Shown piece after piece: positions 17,306 through 27,313 of a DNA stretch of 32,000 bases. The stretch comes from Candidatus Helarchaeota ASGARD archaeon Hel_GB_B (lineage in GTDB: Archaea; Asgardarchaeota; Lokiarchaeia; Helarchaeales; HEL-GB-B): assembly GCA_005191425.1 (NCBI GenBank), contig SUPR01000004.1:1-32000 (forward strand), read 5' to 3'. A program made the translations under genes and the position numbers. Within the stretch, counting starts at the first letter, position 1. Each line of letters starts with the position of its first letter. The notes under the pieces are model-generated. The model worked only from the letters and a program-made list of their open reading frames with translations. It was not told where the DNA came from and did not search any database.

Positions 17306-17628
17306 AATTAGAAAAACATCGATTTGTGGTATTTAAATTCTATTCTGAGAACACTATTTTAAAAGATAATTTTATAAAAGGAATTTGGGACTCTATTTAT
17401 AAAATCTTTGGGTATAAAGGTGCATCTGAAACTGGTCTATGGATAATAGAATTTGATAATGTTAATAAGAAAGGGATTATCAGGTGTTCTGTGAAATCTC
17501 TTAATTATATTAAAATTGCATTAATTTTAACAACATATATTCCCAAAGATAATCCAGTAATGTTTCAAATTGTAGGTGTTTCGGGGACAATTAAAAAAGC
17601 AAAAGAAAAATTTTATAATGAATGCTAA
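17302..17628 (+). CDS. rnp2: RNase P protein component 2 (Pop5 homologue)
   Basis: KHRFVVFKFYSE...IWDSIYKIFGYKGASETGLWIIEFDNVNKKGIIRCSVKSLNYIKIALILTTYI; ATGA overlap with rnp3. Confidence 0.88.
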   Translation: MKLEKHRFVVFKFYSENTILKDNFIKGIWDSIYKIFGYKGASETGLWIIEFDNVNKKGIIRCSVKSLNYIKIALILTTYIPKDNPVMFQIVGVSGTIKKAKEKFYNEC

Positions 17629-17652
17629 AAATATTAATTTCCTAAAAAATTT

Positions 17653-18258
17653 TTATGTACCACGACGTTGGTGCGCTCTAATACTTGGCCTTAATTTTTC
17701 AGCGCCAATTCCTTTATTATATAATCCACGAGATTTTTTACCAGCTCCTGTTAATCCTCTAAAAACTCTTCTTCTATGCTGTTTCTCACATATCCAATTT
17801 ATTTTTGGATCATTTTTTATAACAGGATGGCTTGGGTCTACCATAATTATTTCATACCATTTATGTTTTCCGTCTTCAGCTACCCAATAGGAGTTTAATA
17901 CTTCCATATTTGGGTATTTTTTTGCTGCTCGTTCTTCTGCTATTCTTCTTAAATTTTTACGCATAGTTATTTTAGTTACACCTTGTTTTTTCGGCTTTCT
18001 ACCTCTTGAAGGTCGTGATTTTCTCCTTCCGCCCCTTCTGACCTTAGAACGTACAATAATATAACCTTGTTTAGCTTTGTAACCTAATTCTCTTGCTCTA
18101 GATATTTTTGTTGGTTTGTCTACTCTAACTACCGAACCCTCTCGGCGATATTTAATTAATCGCTCTCTCTGTAAATCTTTAATTGGGCTATTCTTAGCTT
18201 TTGCCCTATACCAAGTCTCAGAGATATATCTATAAGCTGATTTGACCAATGATATCAC
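17653..18258 (-). CDS. rpl15e: Ribosomal protein eL15 (L15e)
   Basis: [14 protein letters not shown]...[60 protein letters not shown]...[50 protein letters not shown]. Confidence 0.97.
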   Translation of the reverse strand: MISLVKSAYRYISETWYRAKAKNSPIKDLQRERLIKYRREGSVVRVDKPTKISRARELGYKAKQGYIIVRSKVRRGGRRKSRPSRGRKPKKQGVTKITMRKNLRRIAEERAAKKYPNMEVLNSYWVAEDGKHKWYEIIMVDPSHPVIKNDPKINWICEKQHRRRVFRGLTGAGKKSRGLYNKGIGAEKLRPSIRAHQRRGT

Positions 18259-18460
18259 TCTAATTTATATTAAAATAGTTAAATATTTTCAAATTGGAAC
18301 TTCTTATAAAAACTTTTTCAATTAAATATGAAATTAAATTTTTTCTTAATTAAATAATTTAATATCAACAACTAAGTATTCTATAAAAATTTATTGATTA
18401 ATTTAAAGATTGAATAATGACCTAGCTTTTTCCTCTAATATTAAAAGATAGCACTAAATA

Positions 18461-19060
18461 TTAATGTAATTTCCTAATTATAAATAAATAATCCTCTAAA
18501 TTTTCTGAATTTACATGAATATAATCAATTTTTTGTATTTTTTTGAGTAGATTTTCTACATATTTTAAAGTGAAAAACTTTTTATGAAATGAAATTAATA
18601 GAACCCCGTTATTCTTGTCTAAAATATCAAAGATAATCGTTAAATGTTTTTCAATATCTATTAAATTTTGCGCTACTGTTAAAGAAACACAAATATTTAT
18701 TTTCTCTGATTTCAATGGTAAATATTCAACATCGGCTAAAATTGTTGAATAATTATTATGCCTTAATTTAACCTGATTTTTATTAATTCCCTCTTTTAAC
18801 ATCATAATTGAAAAATCTAATCCAATATAGTAAAAATTATGACCTAACTTGCTTAAAAACTGCTCATAAACTATTAAAGTTCCACAACCAATATCTAAAA
18901 TTATTTCTTTGTTTTGAAAATCGTAAATTTTTTTTAGTTCATAAAAAAGAGCATTGAATTTTGCTTTTTGAATATTTTCATATCTCAAGTCATAATGATC
19001 GGCTGTTTGGTCATATTTACTTTTTATATCTTTTTTTTTAATTCCATTATATTTTTTCAC
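18461..19060 (-). CDS. Class I SAM-dependent methyltransferase
   Basis: EIILDIGCGTLIVYEQFLSKLGHNFYYIGLDFSIMMLK...ADVEYLPLKSEKINICVS...LDKNNGVLLISFHK. Confidence 0.88.
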   Translation of the reverse strand: MKKYNGIKKKDIKSKYDQTADHYDLRYENIQKAKFNALFYELKKIYDFQNKEIILDIGCGTLIVYEQFLSKLGHNFYYIGLDFSIMMLKEGINKNQVKLRHNNYSTILADVEYLPLKSEKINICVSLTVAQNLIDIEKHLTIIFDILDKNNGVLLISFHKKFFTLKYVENLLKKIQKIDYIHVNSENLEDYLFIIRKLH

Positions 19061-19764
19061 GCCACTTTTAAATCAATAATTTTTGTCCTCAAATTACTCA
19101 ATTCTCTATTTAATTTTTCTTCAGACATTTTTAAATTTTTAACATAATTTTCTAATTCCCTAATTCTCAGATCTTTTTTCTTAAGTTCTTTTATTAATTG
19201 TATATTTTCATCGATTAATGTATTTTGTGAATTTGATAAATTTTTCAACATTTTTAGTTGCTCAATTTGATATTTATAAGTATCCAATTCGTCTTTTAGT
19301 TTTAAAATCTCTTGATCTTTTTCAGAGATAATTTTATGATTTAATTTTTCAAGAGAAACCAATTTTTTAATATGATATAATAAAATTTTTGTATACAAAA
19401 TAGCCAAACGTGTTTCTATTTTTTGATAATCGTTATTTTTAATTAATGGTATTAATAATAACGCATTTTCTGTTAAAAAATTTTGATATTCTAATGCGTT
19501 TTCTTTTTCTGTTAAAATAAGCGACAAATAATAACACGCGTTTAGCTCATCTCTTAAATCAAAAAAATAGCTGGCAACATTAAGATCTTTACGAGAAATC
19601 ATTAAAAACCCACTTTTTAAACCACCCATCGAGTGAAATGTATAAATAGTCATTAAATCTTCAGTAGAAATCGAAAATAACCCTTCAGGGGGAAACTGAG
19701 CTTCTAACAAAGCACCAAGACCTATTTGGTCATCCCATTTAGCCAATATAATTCCATGTGGCAT
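19057..19764 (-). CDS. Uncharacterised protein: same N-terminal WDD-domain as 10189-11913, fused to a long coiled coil
   Basis: MPHGIILAKWDDQIGLGALLEAQFPPEG...MTIYTFHSMGGLKSGFLMISRKDLNVASYF...; C-terminal LEKLNHKIISEKDQEILKLKDELDTYKYQIEQL...LIKELKKKDLRIRELENYVKNLKMSEEKLNREL. Confidence 0.75.
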   Translation of the reverse strand: MPHGIILAKWDDQIGLGALLEAQFPPEGLFSISTEDLMTIYTFHSMGGLKSGFLMISRKDLNVASYFFDLRDELNACYYLSLILTEKENALEYQNFLTENALLLIPLIKNNDYQKIETRLAILYTKILLYHIKKLVSLEKLNHKIISEKDQEILKLKDELDTYKYQIEQLKMLKNLSNSQNTLIDENIQLIKELKKKDLRIRELENYVKNLKMSEEKLNRELSNLRTKIIDLKVA

Positions 19765-19968
19765 TGAAGTTCCTCAATTTTATTCTCTTTTTTTTAAAAA
19801 GTAATTTAATTTTGTTTTTCATAATATTAATATTTCTTGGTAAATTCGTGGTAATTTACACTAGAAAGAATGACATCCAGATAAAAAAAGATTACTTATA
19901 TAAAAAATTGAGCCGATTTTTTAAATAAAATTATTTGTTTAAATATGAAAAGTAAAAAAAAGTTTAAA

Positions 19969-20616
19969 TTAGTATCCAAAAAATGTTGATAACGCCCAAT
20001 ATCCAGGATATGGTGATGGAATCGTTAGTAAGAACGCCTCAAATATACAAAGAAACATTACAAATAATTGTAATGGACCCCATCCTAATACCTTTCCCAT
20101 TAATTTTCCAATGTCTTCAATTAATTTAAATGCCATATAACAGAACAATAAGATCAAGACATATATTATTATCATAACCCATGTCGGATTAAATCCAAGT
20201 CCTTGGAAAAAATTCAAGACAAAATTAAACTGAAACGCTATCAATGAAATTACAATCAGTCCAGCAATAATACCAATAATAGCAGCCCACGGCAGGTCAT
20301 TAATTGGTTTTAATAACAATCCAAGTCCAACAATAATTAATAATACAATTGTTGATGTATGAGCTGCTCCAGATGAAGCAATGGAATTTGACCATAAAAT
20401 GAACCCCGCGCCCGTAGCAAAAATACCTACGATAATACCCAAAATACTTGCTAAAATTTCTGTCCATCTTACCTTTTCATCTTCTTCTCTTTTACCCTGA
20501 AATATTCTGATAAAAAACCACGACCCCGCTGATAACCCTGCTAAAAGTAATGTAATATTCGAATACGTCGCAAAAAATTGAAATAAACTTACCATTAATG
20601 TTAGAAAATCTTGCAT
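19969..20616 (-). CDS. Multi-pass membrane protein of unknown function
   Basis: 215-aa ORF, predominantly hydrophobic, about 5-6 transmembrane segments. Confidence 0.75.
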   Translation of the reverse strand: MQDFLTLMVSLFQFFATYSNITLLLAGLSAGSWFFIRIFQGKREEDEKVRWTEILASILGIIVGIFATGAGFILWSNSIASSGAAHTSTIVLLIIVGLGLLLKPINDLPWAAIIGIIAGLIVISLIAFQFNFVLNFFQGLGFNPTWVMIIIYVLILLFCYMAFKLIEDIGKLMGKVLGWGPLQLFVMFLCIFEAFLLTIPSPYPGYWALSTFFGY

Positions 20617-21170
20617 TTTACCTCAATGATATTTAAGTAAAATAGATTTTATAAAGTTTTGTAAATAATTAAATCACTTGAAATTTGCTAATTGGGAATA
20701 TAAAAATATTATAAAGGTTATTTGATATATTCACTACCTCTTATATTTAATTATTTCACTAATTTTTCAATTTTATTCAATTATACTCTTGAATGTTGTT
20801 GAAATTAAATGTCTTTTTGTGTATAATTTTTATTTTAATTCTATTTTTTTTCATTCTAATTTTATATATAAACTTAAACAAATTTTTTATAAAATAAGTA
20901 AATTAAAACGAACAACTAATATCTAACAATATAATATCTAACAGTATTTAATCGACAGTTTCTCTAAAATTGATTTTATGTTTATAAATTAAATTTTAAA
21001 TCTATTATCTTCTGACCAATTTGAATATTTTTGAATCATAAATTTGCTTTTTTCCTTAGAAAATTACAAACTAAAGAGAAAAAGATTTTTATTTTTCTAT
21101 TGACAATGATCAATTACTATTTAATTGAAATAAAATAAAAGGAAAAAGGCATAATTTTAGTGATTATCTT

Positions 21171-21593
21171 ATGACTATCAAGGAAAAAAAAGCAAGATCA
21201 AACGATGAATCTAAAGTTAAAGAGAAAAAGATGATGAAAGTTACTTATATTTTGTGCAGTTTTCTTTCAATTATTCTAATTTTAGTCTTAATTTTGTTTA
21301 AAATATATTATTCTCAACTTTCTGATATACTTGAACTTGTAAATCCACTTTTTTTTGGCTTTTTAAGGGTATTATTTTCGATTGGTACTTTTATTTTTGC
21401 TTATTTAGCGTTAGCAAACTATTTAGAATATAAAAGACAAGTTATTGGCTGGGGATTTACGATTTTTCTATTGGTTGTCTTAGCAATATTTATATATTTT
21501 ATGTTTGATTTTCCTTTAGCCCCTACTGAAATGATGTTAAGTTTAGTTGGTAGTAGTCTTTTTGTATTTTATTTATATATAATACAAGATTAG
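21171..21593 (+). CDS. Membrane protein, about 4 transmembrane segments
   Basis: 140-aa ORF with charged N-terminus (KEKKARSNDESKVKEKKMMK) then four hydrophobic segments. Confidence 0.65.
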   Translation: MTIKEKKARSNDESKVKEKKMMKVTYILCSFLSIILILVLILFKIYYSQLSDILELVNPLFFGFLRVLFSIGTFIFAYLALANYLEYKRQVIGWGFTIFLLVVLAIFIYFMFDFPLAPTEMMLSLVGSSLFVFYLYIIQD

Positions 21594-21953
21594 TTACTCT
21601 TTTTATAATGTGTCGATTTATACTAAATAAATCAATTTTTATTAAAATTATTTAATATTTTTATTTTTAATGAGCCGATTCACTTATAATTTAATTATAT
21701 TTGGGAATTAGGAGATTTAATAAAGAAGTATTAATAAAATTTAAATTTAAAGAAAAAATAATAAGAATTCAAAACAAACCAAAAAAATAAAATTATTGAT
21801 GAACAAAATATTAAATATTCGAATAAAAGAATCGATCAAAAATTAACATTAAAAGATAATTATACATGATTCGAATATATAGAATTAGATCGATAAAAAA
21901 ACAAAAATAGTTTAAATAATAATATTAAAAAATAATTGGAGTGAAAATATAAA

Positions 21954-22670
21954 ATGTTTACACCAGCTGGTCTAGGATATGATCGAGCTATTACAATTTT
22001 TAGTCCTGATGGTAGATTATTTCAAGTTGAATATGCAATAGAAGCAGTCCGTAGAGGGACTACTGCTATAGGTATATGTTATAAAGATGGAGTGGTTCTT
22101 GTTGTGGAAAAAAGAATATTAGATTTACAAGAACCAGATTCTATTGAAAAAATATTTAAAATAGATAATCACATCGGGTGTGCAATTGCTGGGTTAACAG
22201 CTGACGCTCGAGTTTTAATAGATCAAGCTCGAATCGAATGTCAAATTAATCTTCTCACTTATGATGAACCAATAAGTGTAAAAAGACTGACAAAAAAAGT
22301 TTGTGAATTAAAACAGAAATATACACAATATGCTGGAGTACGCCCATTTGGAGTTTCTCTTTTAATTGCCGGTGTTGATGATGTTGATGGGCCAAGCATC
22401 TATATGACTGACCCTTCAGGTGCATATTGGGGATATTACGCAACAGCAATTGGAGCAGGGGCACAAAGCGTTAGAGAAATTTTAGAAAAAGAATATAAAA
22501 AAGATTTATCAAAGGATGAAGCAATACTTTTAACTTTGAAATGTTTGAAATCTATTCTTGATGAAGAATTAGACCCCTCAAAAGCTGAAATAGCTTTAGT
22601 TGATGCATCGGATAAAACATTCAAGATTTTGCCCCCAGACGAATTGAAAAATTATGTTGATAAATTATAA
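21954..22670 (+). CDS. psmA: Proteasome alpha subunit
   Basis: GYDRAITIFSPDGRLFQVEYAIEAVRRGTTAIGI...IGCAIAGLTADARVLIDQARIECQ...RPFGVSLLIAGVDDVDGPSIYMTDPSGAYWGYYATAIGAGAQ. Confidence 0.97.
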   Translation: MFTPAGLGYDRAITIFSPDGRLFQVEYAIEAVRRGTTAIGICYKDGVVLVVEKRILDLQEPDSIEKIFKIDNHIGCAIAGLTADARVLIDQARIECQINLLTYDEPISVKRLTKKVCELKQKYTQYAGVRPFGVSLLIAGVDDVDGPSIYMTDPSGAYWGYYATAIGAGAQSVREILEKEYKKDLSKDEAILLTLKCLKSILDEELDPSKAEIALVDASDKTFKILPPDELKNYVDKL

Positions 22671-22703
22671 TTTTTATTATAATTTTTAGGAAGTTAGGAT
22701 GTA

Positions 22704-23420
22704 TTGTCGGGTATTCGTGGAGATAAAAGAATAGATATTGGAAAAAATATAATTGCAAGTTATGAAGAAAAAGGGTTGAAATTTGAAATAATAGTAGACC
22801 CTGATAAATCTTGGGAATATCGAGATGGAAAAGACATTGATTTATCTAATGTACTTATTGGATACACTATATTTGAAGATGTCATGCGTGGAGAAAGGGC
22901 AAATGTTGAAGATTTAATTGATATTTTTGGCACTGATGATGTATTTAAAATAGCAGATAAAATTCTAAAAGAAGGAAATATTCAGCTTACAAAAGAACGA
23001 AGGAAAAGGTTACTGGAAGAAAAAAGGAAATTATTAATTAATTATTTGATTAAAAATAGTATTGACCCCACAAAAAATCTCCCGCATCCCCCGGCAAGAA
23101 TCGAGAGAGCTATTGAAGAAGCTAAAGTCCATATCGATCCATTTTTGGATATTAAAAAGCAAGCAGAAAATGTTGTCTCAAAAATTTCTTCTATAATTCC
23201 CATTAGATTAGAAGTATTACGAATTGCTCTAAAAATTCCAAGTAAATTTTCTGCAAAATCATATGGAATAATTGAAAAATATGGGACAATTGAAAAAGAT
23301 GAATGGCAAAAAGATGGTTCATGGATTGTCATTGTCCAACTTCCTTCTGGACTACAACAGAAATTAATTGATGACATGAATAATTTAACAAAAGGAAAAT
23401 TTGAATTAAAAAGATTATAA
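22704..23420 (+). CDS. sdo1: Ribosome maturation protein SBDS/Sdo1 homologue
   Basis: FEIIVDPDKSWEYRDGKDIDLSNVLIGYTIFEDVMRGERANVEDLIDIFGTDDVFKIADKILKEGNIQLTKERR...HPPARIERAIEEAKVHIDPF. TTG start. Confidence 0.95.
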   Translation: MSGIRGDKRIDIGKNIIASYEEKGLKFEIIVDPDKSWEYRDGKDIDLSNVLIGYTIFEDVMRGERANVEDLIDIFGTDDVFKIADKILKEGNIQLTKERRKRLLEEKRKLLINYLIKNSIDPTKNLPHPPARIERAIEEAKVHIDPFLDIKKQAENVVSKISSIIPIRLEVLRIALKIPSKFSAKSYGIIEKYGTIEKDEWQKDGSWIVIVQLPSGLQQKLIDDMNNLTKGKFELKRL

Positions 23421-23495
23421 CAATAATTCGATTGGATTACCTATATACCAAATATTTACACTCCTTTTATTTTTTAAACAATAAAAGTTACTGTA

Positions 23496-24323
23496 GTGAA
23501 AATCATGTTTGATGAAGACAATTTCAACGAAAATGGAGAATTAAATAATTTGAATAAAGACGAAGAGAATAAAATAAAATCCGAAATTGGAAATAATGAA
23601 ACCAAAAGTGAAAAAGAAGAAGAACCAAGTAGAAAATTAGTAATGCCTGGTGAATTACTTAATGAAGGAAATTATAAAGCAGGTATAGGCACTTATATAG
23701 CTGATAAAAAGATTTATGCTGCAACTCTAGGTTTATTAGAAATAAAAGGGCAGTATGTTAATGTAATTCCAATTAAAGGACCATATATACCCAAGGTGGG
23801 TGATTCTGTTATAGGAATGGTAATTAATACATCTATTGTATCTTGGAAAGTTGACATTTTTTCACCTTATATTGCGACTTTACACGCAACAAATTACCTA
23901 AATAGACCATTTAACCCCCTTAGAGACGATATTAGACAATATATTGACATTGGTGATACTATTTATGCAGAAATAATATCTTTTAATAGGACAAGAGATC
24001 CTGTTTTATCAGTACGAAATAAAGGACTGGGTAAATTAAAAGGTGGTCGGTTAATTCATATGGTACCTACTAAAGTCCCAAGATTGATTGGTAGGAGAGG
24101 TTCTATGATTAATTTAATAAAAGATTATACCCATTGTAAATTTAAAATTGGTCAAAATGGGGTAATTTGGCTTCAAGGAAATAAATTTGAGGACGAATTT
24201 TTAGTTGTTAAAATAATTAGGAAAATTGAGAGAGAAGCACACACATTGGGTTTAACTGATCGTATAAAAGAATTTATTGAAAAAGAAAAGAAACGGAGTG
24301 ATGTTGATAATGGAGTTAATTAA
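23496..24323 (+). CDS. rrp4: Exosome complex RNA-binding protein Rrp4 with an acidic/charged N-terminal extension
   Basis: KLVMPGELLNEGNYKAGIGTYI...YIPKVGDSVIGMVINTSIVSWKVDIFSPY...GGRLIHMVPTKVPRLIGRRGSMINLIKDYTHCKFKIGQNGVIWLQG (S1 and KH). Confidence 0.95.
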   Translation: MKIMFDEDNFNENGELNNLNKDEENKIKSEIGNNETKSEKEEEPSRKLVMPGELLNEGNYKAGIGTYIADKKIYAATLGLLEIKGQYVNVIPIKGPYIPKVGDSVIGMVINTSIVSWKVDIFSPYIATLHATNYLNRPFNPLRDDIRQYIDIGDTIYAEIISFNRTRDPVLSVRNKGLGKLKGGRLIHMVPTKVPRLIGRRGSMINLIKDYTHCKFKIGQNGVIWLQGNKFEDEFLVVKIIRKIEREAHTLGLTDRIKEFIEKEKKRSDVDNGVN

Positions 24324-25071
24324 GTTAGAAAAACCTGAAAAATTAATAGATGAAAATAACATTAGAGTGGATGGGAGAAAATTAAATGATTTAAGACCTA
24401 TTAAAATGGAAGTAGGTGTTTTACCCAAAGCAAATGGTTCAGCTTATGTGGAAATGGGCGGTAATAAAATACTAGCTTCTGTTTATGGCCCAAGAGAGGT
24501 ACATCCACGTCATTTAGCTGAATCAAATAAAGCTGTTTTTAGATGTTTATATAGAATGGCTACATTTTCAGTTGATGAGAGAAAAAGCCCCGCACCTAGT
24601 AGAAGAGAAAATGAATTATCTATGGTCATTGGGCAGGCTTTGGAACCTGCAATATTTCTAAATTATTATCCTAAAACTATGATCGAATGCACTATTCTAG
24701 TAATTCAAGCTGATGGGGGCACAAGATGCGCAAGTATTAACGCTGCTTCGCTAGCATTAGCTGATGCTGGAATTGCAATGCGCGGATTAGTTTCTGCAGT
24801 GGCAATTGGTAAAGCTGATGGCAAATTAATTGTAGATTTAAATAATGTTGAAGACCAATTTGGCGAAGGTGATTTACCAATAGCAATATTATATCCATTA
24901 AAAGAAGTTTCATTGATTCAATTTGATGGAATACTGACAAACGAAGAATTCCAGCAATGCATTAATTTAGCCTATGATGCGTGCGAGATTATTTTCAATA
25001 AACAAATAGAAGCACTTCATAAAAGATATTCTAAAGAAATTATTGAAAAGGACAATAAAAAGGAGGCATAA
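24310..25071 (+). CDS. rrp41: Exosome complex exonuclease Rrp41
   Basis: NIRVDGRKLNDLRPIKMEVGVLPKANGSAYVEMGGNKILASVYGPREVHPRH...TFSVDERKSPAPSRRENELSMVIGQALEPAIF. ORF opens at 24277; the ATG at 24310 (MELIKLEKPEKL) is the likelier start. Confidence 0.95.
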   Translation: MELIKLEKPEKLIDENNIRVDGRKLNDLRPIKMEVGVLPKANGSAYVEMGGNKILASVYGPREVHPRHLAESNKAVFRCLYRMATFSVDERKSPAPSRRENELSMVIGQALEPAIFLNYYPKTMIECTILVIQADGGTRCASINAASLALADAGIAMRGLVSAVAIGKADGKLIVDLNNVEDQFGEGDLPIAILYPLKEVSLIQFDGILTNEEFQQCINLAYDACEIIFNKQIEALHKRYSKEIIEKDNKKEA

Positions 25072-25075
25072 GTAT

Positions 25076-25906
25076 ATGAGTTCATATGATGTTATACCTG
25101 AAATTGAGAAAAATTATATTAAAGAATTGTTATCAAAAGGTAAAAGACTTGATGGTAGGGCATTAGACGAATTTAGAGAAATTAAAATAGAGAAAGATAT
25201 AATTAAAAAAGCAGAAGCTTCTGCCCGAGTTACTATCGGAAATACTATTGTTATTATCGGTATAAAAGTTTCAGCTGGGCCTCCATATCCTGACAGTCCA
25301 GATTCTGGAGTAGTTACAATCAATGCTGAATTACTACCTTTGGCATCATCACATTTTGAATCAGGTCCGCCGAGCGCATTTGCTATTGAAGTTGCAAGAG
25401 TTTGCGATAGAGGGATTAGACATTCTGATATTATCGATAAAACAACCTTATGTATAATTGAAGGTGAGATCGTTTACATTATTTTTGGGGACATATACGC
25501 AATCAGTTTTGACGGCAATTTATTTGATGCAGGTGAATTAGCATTAACTACAGCATTAAGCTCTCTTAAAATACCTGAATATGAAATAATAGAATCTGAA
25601 AATGGTAAAAAGGAAGTTAATTTTATTAATTCGTGGAAAAAAGTTGAAGTTAATGATATTCCTGTTAGCATTTCTATTGGTAAAATTGGTAAAACCCTTT
25701 TCATAGACCCTGATGAAAAAGAAGAATTAGCACTCGACTCACGAATTACCTTTACTTTTAATAAAAATAACGAGCTGATATCACTTCAAAAAGGTTTAAG
25801 CGGACACTTTTCAAAAGAAGAAATACTTAAAGGTATGGAAATGGCTTTATCAAAAGTCGATATGTTGAGAAACAAAGTAATTGAATGCATTAAAGATTTT
25901 GAATAG
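25076..25906 (+). CDS. rrp42: Exosome complex component Rrp42
   Basis: LLSKGKRLDGRALDEFREIKIEKDIIKKAEASARVTIGNTIVIIGIKVSAGPPYPDSPDSGVVTINAELLPLASSHFESGPPSAFAIEVARVCDRGIRHS. The AGGAGG just upstream favours ATG 25076 over the tracked 25043. Confidence 0.95.
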   Translation: MSSYDVIPEIEKNYIKELLSKGKRLDGRALDEFREIKIEKDIIKKAEASARVTIGNTIVIIGIKVSAGPPYPDSPDSGVVTINAELLPLASSHFESGPPSAFAIEVARVCDRGIRHSDIIDKTTLCIIEGEIVYIIFGDIYAISFDGNLFDAGELALTTALSSLKIPEYEIIESENGKKEVNFINSWKKVEVNDIPVSISIGKIGKTLFIDPDEKEELALDSRITFTFNKNNELISLQKGLSGHFSKEEILKGMEMALSKVDMLRNKVIECIKDFE

Positions 25907-26032
25907 AAATTTTTTTTTAATTTTTATTTATTTTGTACTTTCCTTTAATTATAGAGTTAATTTTACGACACAACAAAATATTTTTAAGATTTGTTATTAA
26001 TTTGAAAAAGTACAATTATTCCAATAATATGG

Positions 26033-26302
26033 ATGTATAATAAAATGACAAGAAGAACAAAAAAGGTCTTAATGACCGGTCGGTTTGGAACGAGATATGG
26101 TGCTACTCTTAGAAAAAGAGTAAAAACAATTGAATTAAAATCAAGATCAAAATTCAGATGTCCTATTTGTAGAGTAAAAGCTGTAAAAAGAAAATCTAGT
26201 GGCATATGGGAATGTCAAAAATGTGGCCATGTAATGACTGGTGGTGCTTGGGTATTAGAAACTGCTGAAGGAAAAAGATCTAAAAGAATCTTGAGGAAAT
26301 GA
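26033..26302 (+). CDS. rpl37ae: Ribosomal protein eL43 (L37Ae)
   Basis: MTRRTKKVLMTGRFGTRYGATLRKRVKTIELKSRSKFRCPICRVKAVKRKSSGIWECQKCGHVMTGGAWVLET. ATG at 26045 is also possible. Confidence 0.96.
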   Translation: MYNKMTRRTKKVLMTGRFGTRYGATLRKRVKTIELKSRSKFRCPICRVKAVKRKSSGIWECQKCGHVMTGGAWVLETAEGKRSKRILRK

Positions 26303-26342
26303 TCGACATTTAATCCATAATATAATTTTAAAAGGCAATTAT

Positions 26343-26933
26343 TTGATAATTATTACAACTTCAAGAAGACCAAAACCCCCAACTCGTATTTTGTGTAAAT
26401 TTTTAACAAATTTAATACCAAATTCAATAAAATTTAATAGAGGTAGGAGCAGTCTTAAGGATCTCATTATTAAGGCAAATGAATTAAATTCCAATTTAAT
26501 TATATTAATCGATTCATTAAAAGGAAATCCGTCAAGAATTCGCTTTTTTAAAATTGATGGGATTAAAGGTAAATTTCATCCTCTCGAAATATACATTCAA
26601 GGAATTTTCTTAGGTTATGAAAAATTAAAACGCAAGATTGTTAATAAAAATTCTAAAATAGAAATAAGAGCAATACAAAAAGATAAAAAAATTACACTAT
26701 TAGGCGAAAATTTAGCCCAAATTTTTAATACAAATTTTATTATTAGTCCATTACCATTAAAAAAGATAAATTATAGAAACGGAATAAAACATGAAACTCC
26801 AATAAAATCAAGTGAAAAATTAATTTACATCTATCTTATTAAAATTAATTCAAAAATTAACATTATATTTTGTAAAAAAAATTTAGAAATGCTTGGCCCT
26901 AGAATTATTATTAAAGATTTTAAATTAAAGTAG
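26343..26933 (+). CDS. Brix/Imp4-domain ribosome biogenesis protein
   Basis: MIIITTSRRPKPPTRILCKFLTNLIPNSIKFNRGRSSLKDLIIKANELNSNLIILIDSLKGNPSRIRFFKIDG; position in the exosome superoperon. Confidence 0.88.
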   Translation: MIIITTSRRPKPPTRILCKFLTNLIPNSIKFNRGRSSLKDLIIKANELNSNLIILIDSLKGNPSRIRFFKIDGIKGKFHPLEIYIQGIFLGYEKLKRKIVNKNSKIEIRAIQKDKKITLLGENLAQIFNTNFIISPLPLKKINYRNGIKHETPIKSSEKLIYIYLIKINSKINIIFCKKNLEMLGPRIIIKDFKLK

Positions 26934-26941
26934 GTATTATT

Positions 26942-27211
26942 ATGCGAGATTTAATTGAAAAAATTTCATTAAAAATTGATATTGATTTTAAAGATTATGA
27001 ACATGCAAAAATAATCTATAATACAATATTACCTGAAACAAATTCATCTCCAAATGACCGGTCTATTGTGTCAGCAAAATTAATAGATAAACAATTAAAA
27101 TTATCCATTAATTCAAAAGATTTTATTAATTTAAGAGCTGTAATCAATTCTTATCTAAAATGGTTTACTATTTCTTTACAAATTATTAATGAAACAATTA
27201 ATCAATTATAA
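26942..27211 (+). CDS. pcc1: KEOPS complex subunit Pcc1
   Basis: KIDIDFKDYEHAKIIYNTILPETNSSPNDRSIVSAKLIDKQLKLSINSKDFINLRAVINSYLKWFTISLQII, a typical short CTAG/Pcc1 domain; superoperon context. Confidence 0.85.
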   Translation: MRDLIEKISLKIDIDFKDYEHAKIIYNTILPETNSSPNDRSIVSAKLIDKQLKLSINSKDFINLRAVINSYLKWFTISLQIINETINQL

Positions 27212-27313
27212 TAATGTCTAATTATAAATAGAAATCATTAAATATTAATTATATTATGAATACAAATAATTAAAAAAAATAAAGAGTATTCGTTTTATTA
27301 ATCCAAAAAATAT

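Noticed and set aside
17576-17890. Plus-strand ORF of 104 aa opposite eL15
   Set aside because: Antisense to a clearly identified ribosomal protein gene. Its sequence resembles no family; shadow ORF.
22255-22624. Minus-strand ORFs inside psmA (and similar ones in Rrp41, Rrp42, SBDS, alaS, ychF, vhuA)
   Set aside because: All lie antisense to high-confidence genes, with low-complexity or hydrophobic shadow translations.
25984-26205. Minus-strand 73-aa ORF over the start of eL43
   Set aside because: Antisense shadow of rpl37ae with hydrophobic composition expected from low-GC reverse frames.
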